A DNA stretch of 64,000 bases from Massalongia carnosa (Eukaryota), in the NCBI GenBank assembly GCA_965645245.1, contig OZ287075.1, forward strand, positions 1,364,001 through 1,428,000. Direction: 5' to 3'. Position 1 is the first letter of the stretch; every line of letters begins with the position of its first letter. The notes below the pieces were generated by a model. That model was given only the letters and a program-made list of their open reading frames with translations, did no database searches and had not been told where the DNA came from. A program made the translations under genes and the position numbers. Positions 1 to 11,297 of this stretch are shown here, in pieces.

Positions 1-181
1 GATCAATTGATGGCTCCGGTTCTCTTTGCCTTTGCATTGATACCTGAGCAGAGAGACAAGAACTGTTGGTAAGCTTGATGCGCTCCCATGGAAGGAAGAA
101 ACGGCTGAAAGTGGGGGAACCGAGGCTCAAAGAACAGGGTGATGGATAGGTGGTATCTGATAGGTTCTGCGTCGCGGCCAT
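1..181 (-). CDS. Possible 5' end of a gene running off the window edge (partial, unknown product)
   Basis: ATG at 181 in context CCACATGG opens 60 stop-free codons (MAATQNLSDTTYPSP...) to position 1. No recognisable motif. Confidence 0.3.
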   Translation of the reverse strand, partial: MAATQNLSDTTYPSPCSLSLGSPTFSRFFLPWERIKLTNSSCLSAQVSMQRQREPEPSID

Positions 182-896
182 GTGGCTGTACCGGCCACTT
201 GTGGATCTTACTGCAGTATTTCGGTTATGGGGTGGTCTGATGCAATCAAATGTACAGAGTACATACTCGATAGATGAGGATGCATGTTAATCGTCAGACC
301 TTGCTACAGCGAGGATACAAAAATGGAAAAAAGAGGTGAGAGGATATCGTTGCTGATAAGGGTGTTTCTCATTTCTGGCTGCTTCCTGATATAGTGAGAA
401 ATAACTGACAAAATAGAGCCTAGGTGAAACTGCAGCCCTGCAAGGCTAAGGCACAGTCACTCATCTCTTAACCCCGTTTGATTGACGTTAATTCCGTCGC
501 TGCTTTTGCGTCCCGGACCTGTCAACTTCAATGTTCAGAGTACAACAGTACTTTCCTCGCCGCAATGGTAGCCTGATTGGATGTACCTCCCCCCCTTAGT
601 GCGCATAACCCATTGAATCAGCGACTTGAGATATGGTCAAACCTCCAGCAGAAGGAAGGTCCTCGCCCCAGAAATCCAACAACACCTCAGCCCCATGCGT
701 ATCAGACCAACCTTTTCCAACCACTTTGCCTGCGGTCATCGCAGACACTCCCTTTCTGCGCTCCATGGAGCGTGATTTTTTTCTGCTTGACTCATCCATG
801 ATTACCCCGCCCTATTTGGCTATTAGTGCATTTCAGAGAACATTGTGTTAGCACAGAGTATATTGCTGTGAGGTGCTACTGCGAACGGAAGCTACG

Positions 897-2145
897 ATGC
901 CTTCGCGGACCATCATTCGAGCGCTTTGTATGGTTGCTTTTTGCCTGTTTTTCTCCATTTCTAGCTTGCGACGACGATACTGGACTTCAGATACGACACA
1001 TCTCGCACCACGGCTTGCTCCTGGCATCGGATTTGATTTGACAACTTCTTATGGGTGTGCTTTCCTACTGTTACAAGGAAGTTTTCCACGCTGACATTCG
1101 TTTAAAAGGACGGCAGTGATCCGAAATCATGACGGGTCGTTTGAGAATGTCGCCAAGGTACAAGCTAGCTTGGAATATAGAAAGATGATGCAACGGCTCT
1201 CGTTGAAATCTTCAAGACATCTAAGGTAGAAAACCGCCCCTACCCGAATCATGTTATTCTATCCGTATCCTTTTCGTTGAGTCTGACAGTTTCAGCCCAC
1301 CATACAGGAAACTAAGAGAATCTTTCCAAGATGAGCCACGACGAATTTGGAGGTCTATAAGAAGGCTATTAGGATTGCCTACATCCTACGAAGTCGGATT
1401 GATCAACGACCTCATCCAGCAGCTGCGTACGAAAACAGAGGCGAAGCTCGGTCACAGCATGGACTCAGTCGTGGTCTCATTCTCACATAACGTCGCCTTA
1501 TACGAAGAAGACATCGTCGATGCCATCCAGTATGCCCGACTCAAGTCTTTGACCAACAAGTCATTTCGGTTCCAACCACACCAGCTTTCTGCAGCATTCG
1601 CTGGAAGCGGCATTGGACTCTGCACTAAGTTTCTCGACGACCAAACCTGCGATAAAGAAGAGGCCGCGTTCCCCTACGAGCAGGTCCTCGCGCTTTCATA
1701 TACGAAGGATGCCTTGGAGGCTTCCCTGTCAACGCTAAAAACTCCATACGAACCCTACGAGCCCGCCCATCATCATCTCATCGACTGGGACTCAGGCCAC
1801 AGCTCCTTGGCCACCCACAGCCGTCCCGATGCCTTCTGGGCCGTAGTCCGTCGCAGGATCCTCGAGCTCAGTTATCGGGACTACCCAACCCGACGCATCA
1901 CGACCGTTCTGTTGCTTGGAGAAAGCAGCACCGACAAGGATTTTCAGCGCGTGCTTGTGGACGCATTGTCCGCGTATCAGGAGCACCTCCCCGTCATCTA
2001 TGGTGCCGATCCGCTGTTCGTGGCCGCGAGGGGCGCGGCCGAGTTCGCGAAGCGCGCGGAGGAACATGCGGCGCTGTGGAGAGGGGGATCTTTGATTGTT
2101 AGGCATGCTGAGGTGGTGCCTTCATGCAGTAGGAAGGACATGTAA
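897..2145 (+). CDS. Hsp70/actin-like ATPase-fold (NBD-only) protein with N-terminal hydrophobic segment; 2 introns (~1054-1108, ~1226-1295)
   Basis: The spliced product reads MPSRTIIRALCMVAFCLFFSISS...GIGFDLTTSYG|TAVIRNHDGSFE...|PPYRKLRE...LPTSYEVG.... Its motifs resemble Hsp70 phosphate-1 (GIGFDLTTSYG), adenosine (VLLLGESS) and connect-2 (DPLFVAARGAA). Introns are GT..AG with CTGAC branch points. Confidence 0.7.
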
Positions 2146-3193
2146 GCTTTTGGTGAGGATCGGGAGCAATTTGCCTGCATGGGGGTTCTCGGTCATGGGA
2201 TTTACGTGGAGTACGCATGATACCTATTTGACGTTGTTGGCGAAGCGATTTCCATCTCCAGAGGGGTTTTTTTCCAAGCAGCGAGGCATCATGGTTTTGG
2301 AACGGATTTGCAAAACGTGTAATGAACGCATCACGGTTGTTTCCGCAACCATTGCAACAATTAGGAAAAGCTAGGATATAGCTACGTATTATAGCTTTGG
2401 TTTTCCAAATACGTGTTCATTTATGAAGGAATGAAACCAACGAAAAACTCCCTTGCGCATTTCATCCAGGTATTGATTGCATGGCATATGTATTGTGCTT
2501 TGCTTTTTCTTTCGTTGTTGTTCAGCTTTTTATTTTATTTTGTATTTTACTTTACTTTGCGAAAGGGAAAATTGCACCTCCTCCCACCCATGCGTTGATT
2601 TGGTTTCTTGGCTTTCGGTTTTGCTTTGGGGAGAGGGAAATTGGGATTTTGGAGAGCTGGAGATTAGGGGGTGGGGACACAGGGGGGGAACCTAAAAGGG
2701 GAGGAGCAGGGTGAGTGGCGAGATAGGGAAGGGGAGTAAGGTGTGATGAATATGATGGTAGCCTGACCATCTAACGGATGGTAGTCTCACCATCTAACAA
2801 GGTGTGTATATCTGATGCACAATGTTTCTGGAATAGACGGACGGATGAACGAATGGGATTAGAAGATATGAAAGTATAGCTAGGGATATCTATAAGCCAG
2901 ACAGTTCTGGCAGATATGCAGATAGACTGAAAACGCTAGACATTCCATCTTCTGTCGGTCAGCCTCTCGGTCTGATACCCGGTCCACCAGTGCCGTTTCC
3001 AGAACCCCCACAGCTAAGCAGCTTCGCCCGAATGAAGGTAGTGAGAGTAGCTTCCTGCAATTAAGAGAATATATATGTACACAGGTACGTACGTAGACCT
3101 TTCCCCGCCTTTTGTCTAACGAATCGATGCCCTTGCCCACTTAACTACCCTCCCCTTCACTCCTCTAATTTCCCCTAAGCCAATTACATATAC

Positions 3194-4748
3194 CTACCCC
3201 CACACCTCCCACCAGACAACCGGCGCCAGAACCCCACACGCGCTGGCCCATAACTTCGCGCTCTCCAGCACTGCCCCAGGGACCTCGCGCACGGAGCGAA
3301 CGCCCATCCACAGGATCCAGATGGCCAGCAGGGCGACGCTGAAGAAATGGTAGAAGAGCACGAGCGGCTGCTGGATGAGGCCGGCGAGGAGGCCGATGGG
3401 GCCGTCGATGCAGATGCCGCCGAGGCGGAAATAAGCGATACAGCTGGTTTGGAGGCGTTTGAGGTGCGGGTCTAGGGGGCAGTTAACGGAGGGAAGAAAA
3501 TGGGAGGGAAGGGGGGTAATTTTCGTTTTTGGGGAGGGGGGACGGGAAGGAAGTACAAGGGAATATACCGTTCGCGGCGAAAAGCTCATACAACGCCTGT
3601 GCAAGGACGTTGATCACGGCCGTCAGCCCCTTGCGGCGCCAATGGAACTTCCGCATTTGCCGGCGCACCCGGCGCGTATCGCTCAAGTCTGGGACGTTTG
3701 CGGGACTTAGAAGATCGCGTAGGAGCACCACATCCGTGAACGCGACCGTCATGCCTCCGCCCGTGAGCGGATGCCGCATGTTCATCGCATCGCCTAAGAG
3801 CACTAACCCTGGCGTGCGGTTCGCGCTTGCAGGCAGGAAAGAGTTCGGCATGCTGCGGAGGCGGCCTTCATCCAATGCACGCTCGAAAGATGGGCGCACA
3901 CATGCCGGGAGCGATGGAAGCACCGTGTTGCGGAGATGTCCCTTGACGCCGCCACGAGCGGGTGTGGCGCTTTCTAGGCCCTCGGGAACGTCGATCAGGG
4001 CGCGGGTTTCGCGAGTTCCGATCTGGTATAGCAGGACTGGTGCACCATCGCCCAGAACGACGTGGCCGTGCAAGGGCCGGGGCAACTTGGCGTCAAGGAG
4101 CTCCAGACCGAAGAATTTGGAGCGTGATACGGGGGCGTTGGGGTTGTGTTCCTTGCGAAACCGGCTAGCATAGCCGTCGGCGATCACGGTGAGGTCGGCA
4201 AAGTAAACATCTGGTTCGCTTTTGGTGGTGGCTTCTACCCCGAGTACTTGGTTTGTGTAGCCACTTTTCACGGTGTTGGTCACCGTCGATTCCACCACGC
4301 TGATGTTTTCCTCTTTCATTGCCGTTTCCCGGAGTCGGCGTATGAAGCGGCCGTGATGGAAGCTCCGTCCCTCGGGTCTTTTGCCTTTCATGGCGCCATT
4401 TTTCCGTTTGGGGTACGCTATCTCCACCTCCTCTCCGTAGTAGATGATTTCATACCCTTCCACGACCACTGCATCAATCCCTTCAAGGCATTCTCGCAGC
4501 CCCAATTTCTCCAACGCTGCTACCCCGCCGGGTTGTAGCAATTCGCCCACGATTCGATCAGGCTCTTTCAGGGATTTTTCGAGCAGCGTGACGGACCGAC
4601 CCTGGCGCGCGAATGTGATGGCTAAGGCGCACCCTAGGATTCCAGCGCCAACGATAAGGACGTCGGAGGTGTGATGATCATGGCGGCGGAGGAATGCAGG
4701 GGAGGGACGGGTTGGGGATTGAGAAGGCGAATCGAGGATTAAGGGCAT
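3194..4748 (-). CDS. ERG1: Squalene epoxidase (squalene monooxygenase); 1 intron 3472-3568
   Basis: FAD-binding VGAGILG plus EPDRIVGELLQPGG, SFHHGRF, IADGYASRFRK and GDAMNMRHPLTGGGMTVA. The intron GTATAT..TTAAC..CTAG joins to exon 2 (DPHLKRLQTSCIAYFRLGG..., HFFSVALLAIW), which carries the C-terminal membrane segment. Confidence 0.97.
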
Positions 4749-5182
4749 CAGGTGAAAGAAAAGGCCGAGGGAAGAGAATAGTAAGAAATGGACGATGTCG
4801 ATACTTTTTTTTTTGGCGGAGGGCAGTGGAGGTGAAAGAATGTAATAAAAAGCGATTGTTTTGATTGGAAGGGAGGCAATTGATACTTGATCGAAGAATC
4901 ACAATTGAAGACACGACTACGGACTAGCGGCATCGGTCTTTGTTGCCGGCATTTGCCGTTAAGTTTAATCGATTGCCAAGCTCAAATTTAAGAAAAAATC
5001 GTGTGTGTCATTTACTTTGGAATCGGAGTCCTCTCCATAAGATCTTCACCTTTTTTCATTTAAAATCTCTGGTGGGAGAAAATTGCAATATCGGGATTCG
5101 GTTACATAACGTTCGAACCCGCATGACAAGCATATGCATGAAATTATCGAGTAATTTTTGTTTTTTGATATGAGAGAGGATG

Positions 5183-6576
5183 TTATGTACGAAGGATGAC
5201 GCCGAAAGTCCTTGCTAACGCTAAATATGCAGCTAAAAAAGCCACTTTACATGGGTATATTTGCATGGATAGATATTTATTATAATCGTCGGCTCGCTTA
5301 GCTCCGATCTCTCTGCCTTCTCTATACTCGTTACCTCCGTCTAACAATATCACCTCGTCAACATATCGCTTTATACGTTCAATCCAGGACTGAATTCTTT
5401 TCTGCGTCAACTCCTCCGTCCAGCACTTTGTCCAGGCCTTTTCAGCCTCAATACGAGTCCGCGGAGCACTAATCGAGTGATTCTTCGCTTCATCCAGAAC
5501 CAGCAAGGCTCGATCATGTTCAGATCAGGAGAATTTCTAGGCCATAACAGACGCATGACGTTGAAATCCACAAAGATCAGATTTTGATGTTTGGATGCGT
5601 GACTGGGGGCCTTGTCTTCCTGTACGATAGTGTTTGGTCGATCTATCATACATTCTTTTGCAAACGGAAGAAGCTTAGGAATTAAGACGAGTTTTTGATA
5701 ACGATACCAGTCCACTCCTTCCTTGCTATCTCGAACGACTTTACCGTGTGTTTTATCCCATTTCCAGATAGGTTTTCGACCTCCTGGATTACGTAGCTTC
5801 ATTCGTCTCATGCTGGTTTCTAGCTCCCAATTCTCTTTAGCTTCTGATTCTAAAGTCTCATTGAGTTTATCTAACTCAATTTGAGCCTCTCTTTTCTCTT
5901 TTGCGGTCTCTGTTTTCTAGATATGAAAAGGTCCTTTCTTATCGTACGAAAAACAGCCCCAAAACAAAAACTCGGAGCATCCTTTCCATCTACGTCGAAT
6001 ACACGTTTTAGCATACATTTCTTTCGAGGTACGCCACTGAAGTCTTCTTCCACGTCTAGAACCCAATATAATGCTTGTTTCTTCAGTCCATATAACGTTC
6101 TTCCAATCATCAATAGTCCAGTGCTGATATCGCAAACAAAATTGCAGACGAGCCTCTTTCATGATCGAATCTAGACCTGGCGTTTTCGTGCTTTTACAGG
6201 GGCGAAACCCATTCTGTTTAAGCGTAGGAAGTATAGTAGTGGAGGAGAGTTTATGATCAAAGCCAATCATAGCTGAAGATTTTTATCTACTATTTCGGTC
6301 TTGCATTACATTATTCAATATAGCTTGCTCTACCTCCGGTGTAACCTTTTTAGGTCGTCCTGAACGAGGTGCATCTTCTATATATTCTACTTCTAAAACA
6401 CGAGATACAGCTGGATCATATCCACGCTGTCGTGCTTTGATTTTGAGAGCTGATATCGATCTTGTGGAGACTCCAGTCACTGCTTGCACGATTTTTGCCG
6501 CAATTCCGTGTTCTACAAGCGCTAAAGCCTGTATCCTTTGTGCAATCGTGAGACTATTGCTCTGTGCATTGGGCAT
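5183..6576 (-). pseudogene. Tc1-type transposase pseudogene
   Basis: HTH region with PRSGRPKK, then WKNVIWTEET (first catalytic D replaced by E) and QEDKAPSH...WPRNSPDLNMIE (34 residues between D and E). In-frame stops at 6283-6285 (TAA) and 5917-5919 (TAG) and a 1-nt frameshift near 5470. Confidence 0.92.
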
Positions 6577-6760
6577 GATAATGATGATGATTAAAACCTT
6601 CTACTGAATATCATATGTAGTATTACTGTCTTTTTGACGACGAGAACAGAAGCAATTCGAGATTTTCTAGACTATTTTAGTACTATATTCCCCTTGTAAG
6701 CTAATAAACACTAATGCACGTCTCATGTACGCTAGCAAGGACTTTCAGCGTCATCCTTCG
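5190..6760 (-). mobile_element. Tc1/mariner-superfamily (DD34E) DNA transposon, full-length but defective
   Basis: 31-bp terminal inverted repeats at 5190-5220 (CGAAGGATGACGCCGAAAGTCCTTGCTAACG) and 6730-6760, matching 29/31. TA lies on both flanks (5188-5189 and 6761-6762). The TIRs enclose transposase remnants. Confidence 0.93.
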
Positions 6761-7029
6761 TACAGTACTCCGTCTCTTCTCATCTAATCACCACCTCATC
6801 CCCCTCCGCCGTAAATATTATTCGCTACATTGAACCTAAGCCTCAGAGGGTCGTTTATCTTTGCGAAATTACATTAGCATTACAGAGCCGTCCCTGGCAT
6901 CGCCGTTGTCTTCACCTCTATGAAACCCGGCTGCCCGGGTCGCTTGCCCGGTTTCCCTGCCTCCTTCGCTGCTGAGAATCAGTCTTGTGGTGCTTTCCCC
7001 ACCTGTCTGGACATAGGGCTTTGGTGGCC

Positions 7030-8636
7030 CTATCGCCCGTAAGAATTATTGAAGTCTCCCAGCTCTTGATGGTTGCTGTCATGTGTACTTAGGTTGCAAA
7101 TAGCGGATGGATGAGAGGTAGCGTCGTTGCCTCGCCGTGTGCATTCCGGCAAGGAAGGCGAGCGTTGAATCTGGTTGTCGGATTCTGAGGGTGCAGAAGA
7201 TGGATTGGTGCCAGATATTCCTAGCTCATGTTTGGAGTCTACTGATGGGTTGCCGGTGGAATAGCGATGCGAGGCATGTGCGGAGCTGTAAATAGAACTG
7301 GAGTTGGATGGGATGGTTCTATGTTCGCACGGGCTACGTTCGAGGCAGAAGTGGATATGGATTCGGAGTCGTGCAGGGACCGGCCGCTTTCTTGGAGAGT
7401 AGCATTTCCCCAATCGTTAACCGTTGAACTTGTAGAGGTTGGGTAAGGAGGGCTTGGCGATTCGTGAGTCTTCGCTCATTAAGAAGTCACTAGCCCGGCT
7501 CTTACCTTGGTCGTGTCGGTGAAGAGTGGTGGACACAGGAGCACCGCGGGTTATGCTGCTAGACCTTGGAGGAAAGTAAAAGGATTGTTGTGGGGAGTGA
7601 TCGATATGTGCAGCTCGGGGGGGTCGAGTTGGGAGTTCAGAGTACTCTTCCGGTGATCGAAAACTGTCAAAATATGATTGTTCGCTCGATTTACTCATGA
7701 TCGACGCCGATTGAGAGTGCACCGGATATTTCACACGCTCCAAGGGGCAAACGGATTGTGCGAACCCTTGACCCTCTCTGGGTGAATGCAATAGTGCTGA
7801 AGACGTAGGCGGCTGATTATATTGTCCATGCTCCGAAGGGGATGCATAAGTTGGCGAAGGGCTTCGATTGCCGGCATTAGATATGGTTTGGCGACCTGTG
7901 CTAGCTCTAGGTAGGCTGCCACCGCTTGACCAAGACGTTGAAGATCGCGTGGTACTCAACGGTGACGGCGGTAGTTCCAGGGACATGTTGATAGAAGGTT
8001 CATGATTGATACGTCCATTCAACTCCGCCTCAGAAGGCTGTAATCCAGATTTAATAGGGCGTGGTACGTGTTTCTGCGAGGTTATAATCCGGCTAGCCTC
8101 ATGTGGTGATTTGTGGTTCTGTCCTAGAGAGAGCGATGTTACACTACTCATTGGCGACGTAGCAAGCAGGTTAGGTGATGAGTGAATTCCCAGAAAGGTA
8201 TTTGATATTATCGATCCGCTTGGTGTATGCAATCCTACCACGGAGGTTGGTCTTGATTGTGCCACTCCCCCGTAATAACCTGATTCAATGGCGCGGATGC
8301 CGAAGAGGTCGCCCTCGTCCATCTCTCTAGCGTTAAGTTCCGCCTTCTCTTCCTGAGCACTTGTAGCCTCAATATCAGCTTGCTTAACAAATTTCCGTAA
8401 TCTGTGAAGAAACCCAGAGAGTTAGTAGGTTGGAATTGATCATGTGTTGAGATTCAAACACACCTATGTCGATTGTACATGACTTTGACGAAGCCCGCGG
8501 CTACGACTATGGCGAGTAATGAGCCAAGTACGATTCTGTAAATAAATAAATCAGCACATGTGCCTCTTCAGCTGGAACGGAGCAAGATGACTCACGAGTA
8601 TTTGTACGCCAAGTCCAATGATCCAAACCAGCTCAT
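7030..8636 (-). CDS. Conserved-type fungal hypothetical protein: single N-terminal TM helix plus long Ser/Pro-rich tail; probably 3 introns
   Basis: Spliced MSWFGSLDLAYKY|IVLGSLLAIVVAAGFVKVMYNRH|LRKFVKQADIE...MDEGDLFGIRAIESGYYGGVAQSRPTS. Donors GTGAGT, GTGTGT and GTAAGA. The 3' end is uncertain. Confidence 0.7.
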
Positions 8637-10058
8637 GGCTAACTCTTGTGCTGCGACAAACTCTCACAGACCGGCCTGGCAAAGGTTTGTGGAATCGCAA
8701 ACTTGGCTCATCTATTTGTTTCCCTAGACTGCAGCGCAAAATAAAATTGAGTAGAAGAGACCAGTTGACGCGTCAGTAGAAGCGTTATGCGTAGTGGTTT
8801 TCTGGTAGTCAATGATATATATTCCAGGACTAGCCCTATTTGATAGCGGAAAGTATATACAAGGCGAGGGAGAATGGTCAAATACACAGAAGAACAAATT
8901 TTTATCAAAAGAGGAAGGAAAATGACTAGGAGCAAGAAGAAAAGAAATAGCATGGCCAGTGCCAAGCGGGCTCTCTGCCGTATACCTCCTTGACATGAAT
9001 GCCTCACTTACCGCTCTGTTTAAGCTCAGCGCCAGAAAATACTTGGCCAAGCCCTCTCGAAGACCCACTCGAGCCGACTCCATTCTTTGCAGAAGTGCTT
9101 GCCTAAACATATTCGGTGTTAGGGCGCGCGGGACGGTTCACTTTCGTCATTCGTTACAGAGTACTGTTGAGGACGGCCAGCAGTCATGCATTGCATGATA
9201 TGCCCGTCCTAGTTCAGAACATTCCAGTGTCATGTTAAGCCTGCCGAGCCTGAGATTAGCGCCCAAGGAGCTACGCGCTACTCTGTATGTATTTCCAGAA
9301 TATAAATAGATAACGATAGGGGAGATATGAAGCATGAACGTTGCAGTCATTCTGTAAGAGGAAGGAGATCTGAGTCCGAAGTTTCTGAGTAGAAAGAATA
9401 AGAACATCGTCCTTCTCCAGTTTTAGAAGTCTGGTCGGAGTTGTGAGGGTCAAGTTAATGCCTTGCTAGAAGACACGGGTTTGTCTGCAGATGACGGGTG
9501 GTGAGGTTCAGCGGCACGGAGATAGGAACAGGTTTAGCGCGGTGGGGTCGCTAAGTTTCAGAAGAAGTTCTACTTCTAGCCTTGTTAGCAATCAGTGTAA
9601 CATATGTACAAGGTTTACAGCCTATCCAGCGATTGAGCTATTACATGCAAAGATCTGCACTAACTATATCCGATATGGCTTAGAGGCTTAGAGTAGCTCC
9701 AAATCGCTGAGTAGATACCAAAGTACAGGCCGTTTCTCTCCAATACCCTTGTGCCCTATTCTCTCGGTGATCTGCACCATCCTGGAGATTCGTTTCTTTA
9801 ACGTTAGTTACATCTGGTCCACTCTTCATGTTGGCTCTTAGGTCTTTCACAGCACGGTTGTAGAATAGCAACCAGCTATATTGCTTTTGGCTTCAAACCC
9901 TTCAGCAACACTGATAAATCAAGAACTTGCTGCACCGCTATAAGAAACACAGCTACACAGCTAGCTAGCGAGGGAGTGCTCTTTCCCTCTCCCAGTCCAT
10001 CTCTTCCCACGCTACCCCCCCTCCCCCCCGGACTCCCGTCTCCACCACCCCAAATCTC

Positions 10059-11096
10059 TCACACCCCCCACCGTCTGGCAACCTCGATCCCTTCAGCCAA
10101 CGTCCCCACCCTCGCGTCAATAGCCAGGCCCTCGCCCTCCCAGCGCTTGCATGCGCCGTAGAGCTCACGTAGCGGGGTGGAGAAAACTTCAATGAATTCG
10201 TTGTCCTCGAGTTCGGGCTTCGGGTGGCGGTTTTCGGGCAGGGAGAGGTCGACTGTGACGTGTACGAGGTTGAGATTTGTGTTGCAGAAGCCGGGGTCTG
10301 TGAGGATGTAGTGGTGAGGTTCAGTCAACGGAAGGCGGTCGGTGGGTGGGGGAATTGGATGGGGGTTTTCTTTTTTGGGCAGAACAAGGGCATGGGAAAG
10401 AGAGGATGAGCACCGTGAAACCCCTTCGAGAACCCCCCCCCCCCCCATTTTCCCCAAAAACCCAAAGGGAAAAAAGCAACCAAACATACCATTAAACATC
10501 ACCGTCCCCACCTCCCTCACCTCGCCCACGTAGCCCGTTTCCTCCCTCAACTCTCGCACCGCGCACTCGCCTGCGCACTCCCCCACATCCACCAGCCCCG
10601 CCGGCACCTCGATGACGACCTTCCCCACCGGCGGCCGGAACTGCCGCTGCAGCACGATTTCCGGGCCAGATGGCTTGTCGAGAATGGCGACGATGCCGAC
10701 GCCGTCGATGAGGGAGTTTTCGGGTCGCGTCTAGGGGGGGTTAACGGGGTGGGAGGTCGAGGAAGAGGGGAGAGGATGTTACGGTGCGCTCGGCCGACTC
10801 CCAGGTTCGCGTTTTGCCGTGGGGGTCTTGGTATGTGGTACTGTTTTTTTTGGTTACGCTAGATCAGCGGATTGGTGGAAGATTCTTCAGGGCGGAGGTA
10901 GGGCGCACAGAACGAGTTTTGTCCAGTGAGCGTCTTCGCCTTTCTGGGCGGGACTGAGTTAGTGATTTTGCGTGGCTTGATGAGAGAGTGAGTCTGGGGA
11001 AGGGAAAGGATGTGAGAGTAGTGGAAAGAGGGGCAGTACTAATGGTGCTGTGGATGTTATCTTGGCGTCTGAGGAGGAGGGGGTCGAGCTCGACAT
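10059..11096 (-). CDS. YSA1: Nudix ADP-ribose pyrophosphatase (Ysa1/NUDT5-like); 4 introns
   Basis: Spliced MSSSTPSSSDAKITSTAPL|KGEDAHWTKLVL|TTYQDPHGKTRTWESAERT|TRPENSLIDGVGIVAIL...QFRPPVGKVVIEVPAGLVDVGECAGECAVRELREETGY...|DPGFCNTN...PELEDNEFIE. Canonical Nudix box and ADPRase-type QFRPP/DPG motifs. Confidence 0.92.
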
Positions 11097-11297
11097 TTCG
11101 GAGAATTTTATGGATGGAGAGTGGGTGGGAGATAAAGATTTTGGGGTGCAAAGGTGCAAGTACATAGCGGGTAGTGGGATTCTGCGCTCTTAACGATCAC
11201 CTTCATGACGATATTACCAATTAAGTAGCTAAAGACCACTTGAATGCTTGCTGCAGCAGAGAATTAGCGATTAGATCTAAGATGCCAAAATCTGTCA

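Noticed and set aside
3529..4538. Plus-strand ORFs of 214 and 130 aa
   Set aside because: Antisense shadows of the GC-rich ERG1 coding sequence; no motifs.
5190..6760. Fanzor/TnpB-like cargo in the Tc1 element (also considered for the piggyBac-like element)
   Set aside because: Both elements are filled by their transposase; no RuvC motifs or spare ORF were seen.
6870..7030. Possible continuation of the 7030-8636 gene past TAG/TGA stops (RIP leakage from the adjacent Tc1)
   Set aside because: The downstream frame is protein-like but has no recognisable motif; the claim cannot be supported without an orthologue alignment.
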